Under the pieces are notes generated by a model. It saw nothing but the letters and a program-made list of their open reading frames with translations. It had not been told where the DNA came from and ran no database searches. The position numbers and the translations under genes are program-made. From Macrostomum hystrix (Eukaryota > Animalia > Platyhelminthes): a stretch of DNA of 64,000 nt. Positions 58,970 through 64,000 of this stretch are shown in pieces (positions within the stretch are counted from its first letter, which is position 1; each line of letters starts with the position of its first letter). Location: contig CATNEN010000039.1 in NCBI GenBank assembly GCA_950097015.1, positions 17,360,001-17,424,000 of the forward strand, written 5' to 3'.

Positions 58970-59558
58970 CAGTAGAACTACCAAGGGGGAAATCCCCCCT
59001 GACAATTTTTTTTGCTGCACCCGAACGGAACAATGCAAGCACACGAAACTCAAGAACACGGGCCAACTTTTTGTTGCGCATCTTCTGAAACAAGAAACAA
59101 GTCGCCAGCTCCTCAGACCGCGAGATATTCAATGTTTCTGGCCGAAGGTCCGATTTTCCCATAAGAGCTAGTGTATTTCATACACCACCTATACACGAAT
59201 TTGCACTGCGCCTCAGTGCGGCCTTGCCAGGCCTTCAAAATTTATCAGCATGTCACCCGAGTGTGCTTGCATCATCTCCGTCTTCGGTGGTCACCTACCT
59301 TTATCTAGACAGACTGCTGGACCTTCTGGGCTACTGCTGGGCTACAACAGGTGGAACTAAGCTACTATCGACACCCTGACGCGAATTTCTCAAATTTCAA
59401 TGCTCAAGCCAAAATATTAGGCGCAGCTCTACCACAGGACACCATCGCCTAGTCTGTCAACCAATCAGTCACCACCCAACGCTGTTAGTATTCGGGCGCT
59501 GCAAAAAATCCCCCCTTGGTATAAAAACGGGCGGCAAAATGGCTTGGTAGTCCTACTG
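58970..59558 (+). mobile_element. 589-bp non-autonomous DNA element flanked by TTAA
   Basis: TIR CAGTAG(A/G)ACTACCAAG (15/16 match), TTAA on both sides, and a second copy at 36268-36900. Confidence 0.8.
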
Positions 59559-59759
59559 TTAATGACAGCGCTAAGCGGCACTGAAGATTATATTTTTAGC
59601 TCAAAATTATCAGAAGCGTGCGTATAAAAATAAATGAATCAGTCTTGCATGCGATAGAGAACATAAATAGGATTCGAGAAAATGCATCATTAGAGTGAGC
59701 TTGTATTCACATTTTTATAGATCTCGATATATACAATACGAATCACAATAATGATTAAG

Positions 59760-59974
59760 ATTAATTACACCTGCGCCGATTGGGGCCGACAGCACTGCCG
59801 CAGCTCCGTACGGCTGCGTACGGCTGTCCAGATGTGGAACTGGGGCGACGCCACACCCACCCTCGGCTACCCTGTGTCTTGCTAAATGACACAAAATGTT
59901 CTAGTGGAGTCAGGAATCGAACCCTCGACCTTCAAGTCGCGAGTCCGACGCTCTAACCTCTAGGCAACAGCCCC
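59760..59974 (-). mobile_element. tRNA-headed SINE family B with a CORE-like central motif
   Basis: Minus strand GGGGCTGTTGCCTAGAGGTTAGAGCGTCGGACT...GGTTCGATTCCTG (A and B boxes), then TTGTGTCATTTAGCAAGACAC, resembling the TGTG.CCTTG.GCAAG.CACTT motif of CORE-type SINEs; TAA-rich tail. Confidence 0.72.
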
Positions 59975-60325
59975 ACACCAATGCAAGTATGAATGCATGC
60001 ATCTATTTGGCCACCACCAATATGTGCATTATAATACATTTTATGTATGGCGTTCTGTTTTTGCCGACAAAAAATAAATAACCATATTTTTCAGGGACTC
60101 GAGCTCAAGAACTTGAGTGGGAGAGCAATTAAACCCAGAGTGCTGCCGAGCAGCTGCGCAACCAAATCACCCCCACCAATGGATGCCATTCAAAGCAGAT
60201 TATCCGCAAGGCGACAAAATTTCACCTGGGCATCTGACTTAGAGATTAAAATACGTGTGTACGAGTGTCGTGTGTCGTAAAATATGAAAGAAGATGCCGT
60301 ATGTACAAATTAACTTTCCTTAGAA

Positions 60326-61768
60326 TCAGGTAAAGGCCCTGACAAAACTATCAACCAGCTGACCGCAGCCGATCGACGGGCAGGTGCGGGCGGAGCGGCT
60401 GCACGTCATGCACAGGCTGAGGTGGCCGCAGGGCAGACAAACGATCTCAACTTCGCGAATCTTGCAGCTGCGGCAACGGTTGCCGCCGCCGCCACCACCG
60501 CCGCTGCCGCTTCCTGTCTGCTGAGCCGGTGACTGCCTCTGAACGCTGGGCGGAGGTTCCGGCTGCGAGGTCATGAAGCTGCGGAACTCTCTGAGCACGG
60601 TCGCCAGGTCGAAGCACCCGATGAAATGCTCAGGCTGGCCGAGCATCTCCCGGTCCCACTCCTTCTGCATCTCCAGCAGCAGCTCCTGGCGAGTGAACTT
60701 CTGCCTGAACCGGATGAACTTCCTGGAGATGCAAAGCAGCACTTTGGTGTCGTTGAATCCCAGCTTGCACACAATGTCCACCGCCTCGCTGAGCAGCTCG
60801 TCTGATAGAATCCGCAGCAGCTGGTTGTGGTCCTGGCGTGTGTAGGACGTCGGGTAGTTTGGAGGTCGCGGGCTCGACCTCCGCATCCAGTCCAGCCCAC
60901 GAGAGCTCTTGAGGAAGAAGCACAGCGGACTGAACTTGGCGTGCTCCAACTCGGGCTGGTCGCCCGCATCCCAGTCCTTGAGGCCCAGGTCGCAGAAGAA
61001 GCATTTGACGTGGTCATCCTCCTGCGGGCAGATTCGTGGCACAATTTACGAATCTGCATCGATTCGTAGAACAATTTATGAATCTGCATCGATTCGTAGA
61101 ACAATTTACGAATCTGCATCGATTCGTCGAACAATGCGTGTGACGCAACACAACCAGTCCTTAGACTGTACATCTGTGTGCAGCTCATGGACCACTGTAG
61201 TATAACTGTGACACTACAGTGATTCTTAATGAAGCCTTTAGCTGTGCCACTGACTGTTTATATGGCCACGGAGCTCTGAATACATAACCCGGAGATAATT
61301 ACACCAACTACCCCATTTCGCGGACCAACAAGTCCAGGTCCAAGGTAACGACACTTTGCTCCAAGTTTGGAAAGTTGACCTGCTCACTGAAAAACATGGC
61401 CAGGAACCAGCGCCTTCTGCTCTATCCAATACGTTTGAAGTAGCCTGTTATTTAGCACAGACTGGCTGAGCACTGCGACTCACCTGCAGGTAGAAGAAGC
61501 CGCTCTCGACCATGTCCTCGACAGTCTGGGTCTTGCCTAGGAGGCTCCAGGCGCCCTGGTCGAAGGAGAGCCGACGGGACTCCCGGCTGACGAACAGCGG
61601 GTTGGATGCGCTGGACATGAGGTAGACTGCAGCCGTCAGCGCCTCGTAGACGTCTAGCGAGTTCACTGAGCCGGCCAGAGGGGACAGGCGGCTTGAAAGT
61701 GCGTTGGATACTGCGCTCAGGGCTGAGCACAGCGACTTTTGCTGGGTTGGCTGTAACACTGCCGTCAT
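60326..61768 (-). CDS. Inhibitor of apoptosis protein with one BIR, a UBA-like region and a C-terminal RING (~326 aa); exons 61768-61484, 61021-60326
   Basis: The BIR is split by the intron: RRLSF..W...MVESGFFYLQ|EDDHVKCFFCDLGLKDWDAGDQPELEHAKFSPLCFF. UBA-like VDIVCKLGF; RING CRSC...VCLPCGHLSLCMTC...CPSIGC ending VRAFT. Confidence 0.92.
61028..61136 (+). repeat. 30-bp hairpin-unit repeat next to the IAP splice acceptor
   Basis: GATTCGTAGAACAATTTACGAATCTGCATC, ~3.5 copies. Confidence 0.88.
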
Positions 61769-62070
61769 TTGGCAGAATTAACCAAACGACAAGATCGAAA
61801 TTACAGTAACAAATGAAGGTTGAATAACAGCAAAATAAAAACTTGTATCAGTTCAATCAAGGTAGCTAATGCACGCCAGATATGAAAGACTGTAGCCGCA
61901 CGAAATGGCCTATGAGCGACTCCATTCCGAATGCGAGCTTTGTTATTGCGCAACTTAAACCAACAAAGACTTGGCTGGCTGGCTCCAAAAGGTACTCCTA
62001 AATGCAACGATTCCTTCCCTGATCGGAGTATATTCCGGATCGGGATATGCGTAGAAAGGATGCCTCGAGA

Positions 62071-62311
62071 GGGTCGGTGGCAGAGCGGTTAACGTGTTTG
62101 CCTCTCGCACCAAGGTCCCTTGGTGGGTCCCGCCCACCAAGGAGCAGTGAAAGTGTACACTGCCTGACGATGAGAAAGTCAGGGCAGATGTACACACCTG
62201 TGTCAGCGTACGCTTGCATACAATGTGCGTGTGTGCTCAGGCGTCAGCGAAATGGGCAGAATTGCCTCCTCGCTGGCTGTGGGTCAAGTGTCACCAAATG
62301 ATGTGCCATTG
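62071..62311 (+). mobile_element. SINE family A copy with an internal replacement/deletion
   Basis: Head GGGTCGGTGGCAGAGCGGTTAACGTGTTTGCCTCTCGCACCAAGG is joined to the CAGTGAAAGTGTACAC... body. Confidence 0.78.
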
Positions 62312-63061
62312 AGGTGGAGTCGACTGCATCTGACAGACAATGAGGGAGTAGAACAGTTTCGAGTACTTTCGCATTTCGTAGTCAGGATTGCTTTAGTTTT
62401 GCAAGTTAGAATTCGGAGTCGGACGCTTAGATGTGTGAGCTAAATATGAGCAAAATATTTCCTCTTCTCGAGAAAGACAGGCAGCCCGCGAAGCCACTTT
62501 GCCCGAGCTAACAGAAATTTCAACGCTGGCGCGCACAAGCCGCTTTACGAGCGCATACTTATTTGGCAGAGAAGTTACACAAATATGAGGATACTGCCAC
62601 CACTTATGGGTGGAGAGGGCATTGAAGTTGGGCTCGAAAGTGAGAGTAAACTTTGCTTTAACTTTTTGAGCAGTGAATCGATGTATGGTGCTCAATTTGA
62701 AAGTCCTGAAGCACTGCTGCTCGACTCGGAGCGGTAGAAATGCTGAAATGGTGCGAAACAGCGCTTCAAGCTTATTAAGAATTAGAAGCATGAAATAATC
62801 TATGAAATCGCTTGCCCTAGATATCAGGTAAATCTAAACACATCTCTAGTCTCTGACATCTACTTAGGTTTTAACTTCTCTGAACTGGTCCATTCTGGTA
62901 AAGCGTAGGCAAATAAATAAACAAGTCAAAGTGAACATCCGTAATTTGAGCAATGTTTCTCTCGCAATAAATCATTCAATTCAGTTCTAGCCTTCAAGGC
63001 GATGCTGGCAAAACAGTTAACCGCATGGAAAGGCTCAGGGAGGAAGTCATTGCAAGGCGTG

Positions 63062-64000
63062 TCAACTCTGAGCGACTGTCGGCCTCTCAGGAAGCACGTG
63101 CAGCTTGAGCTGCTTCTTGTTAACTTTTCCCATCGCGTTTCTGGGCAATCTGGCAACAATCTGGAATAAAGAGGCGAGACTTGACCATGAGCATTCATTG
63201 TACCCCAAGTTTAAATTGATTATATACACCGAAGGTACATCGAATGTACGACGAATGTACTCTAAATATACTGAGAATGAACACCAAGTGTACATCGAAT
63301 GTACTTCCAATGTACATTGAATGTACTCAAAATTTAATTGAATTTACTCAGTAAATGTCTAATGTACACTCACTGTACATAAGATGTGCACTCACCCGCA
63401 ACTCTCGAGGCCACTTGTACTTCGCCAGCCGCTCCGCCGCCCAGGCCTGCATCTGAGGAAGGTCAACAACCGGTCGATTAGGCGCCGGCACAACTACCAG
63501 CACTAGGCGCTCGCCCCAAGTGTCGTCGGGCACAGCCAAAACGCTGCACTCGGCGACGGCCGGGTGGCCAACGAACGCCGCCTCGACTTCCAGCGCGCTG
63601 ATCTTGTAGCCGCCGGACTTGACGATGTCAACGGAGGTCCGGCCTAGAATGCGGAAGCTGCCGCTGTCCGGCTCGAAGGCGGCCGTGTCCCCGGTGAGGA
63701 ACCAGCCGTCCTCAGTGAACTCCTTGGCCGTGTCAGCCGGCCGTCCGAAGTATTCTTTGAAGACAAGCGGCCCGCTGACCTCCAGGTTGCCGGACAACTC
63801 CGAACTGCCATCTGCAGGTTTTAAACAGATGTACACCAGAGCGTGCTCTGATTGGCTAGCTACGAATCGACCTACCAACGGATGCCCGAATGTCCGGCCG
63901 GTCGTCGCAGCCGGCCTCGATCAGCAGCCGGTCGGTGTCCGGATCCCGCAGCCGCACCCGGACGCCGGGAAACGGTTGGCCAACCCGGCCGGGCAGGCGG
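63062..64000 (-). CDS. ACSF3: Malonyl-CoA synthetase-like acyl-CoA synthetase, 3' exons only: >64000-63876, 63811-63396, 63160-63062
   Basis: RLPGRVGQPFPGVRVR; VFKEYFGRP..TAKEFTEDGWFLTGD; ILGRTSVDIVKSGGYKISALEVE; VPDDTWGE; LPRNAMGKVNKK. Splice phases are consistent, and the gene continues beyond the window. Confidence 0.9.
63230..63392. repeat. Degenerate GAATGTAC repeat in the last ACSF3 intron
   Basis: About 8 AATGTAC/GTACAT motifs related to the 34158-34632 array. Confidence 0.65.

Noticed and set aside
62153-62195. Hammerhead-like CTGACGA-TGA-GAAA-GTC in SINE family A, by analogy with schistosome Sm-alpha repeats
   Set aside because: There is no room for stems II and III. The motif is better explained as a simple hairpin, and the core differs in other copies (11940, 43060). 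An in vitro cleavage test would be decisive.

Overview
This is eukaryotic (metazoan) genomic DNA with GC-richer spliced exons, AT-rich spacers and a very high load of minisatellites and transposon remnants. The style resembles a free-living flatworm such as Macrostomum, which is inference only. Gene models rebuilt from GT-AG boundaries with matching phases: RNF144-like RBR E3 ligase (-), GRK2/3-like kinase (+, head-to-head with it), SLC16/MCT-like transporter (+), a small orphan type-I membrane protein gene (+), thioredoxin with a WCPPC site (-), HSBP1 (-), an ABCA-like pseudogene (+), an orphan class-A GPCR (-), a BIR-UBA-RING IAP (-) and the 3' exons of ACSF3 (-). The 15-33 kb region has no recognisable genes and holds about 10 different tandem arrays, three of them with higher-order repeats. 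Mobile DNA: two tRNA-headed SINE families, a P-like foldback element inside a SINE, a TTAA-flanked MITE family, a LINE 3' end, and a three-level nest (hAT-like MITE in a Merlin derivative in a SINE) in the HSBP1 intron, whose two inner junctions carry exact 8-bp TSDs. There is no CRISPR array or intact tRNA/rRNA gene, and the long ORFs over the arrays are repeat artefacts.
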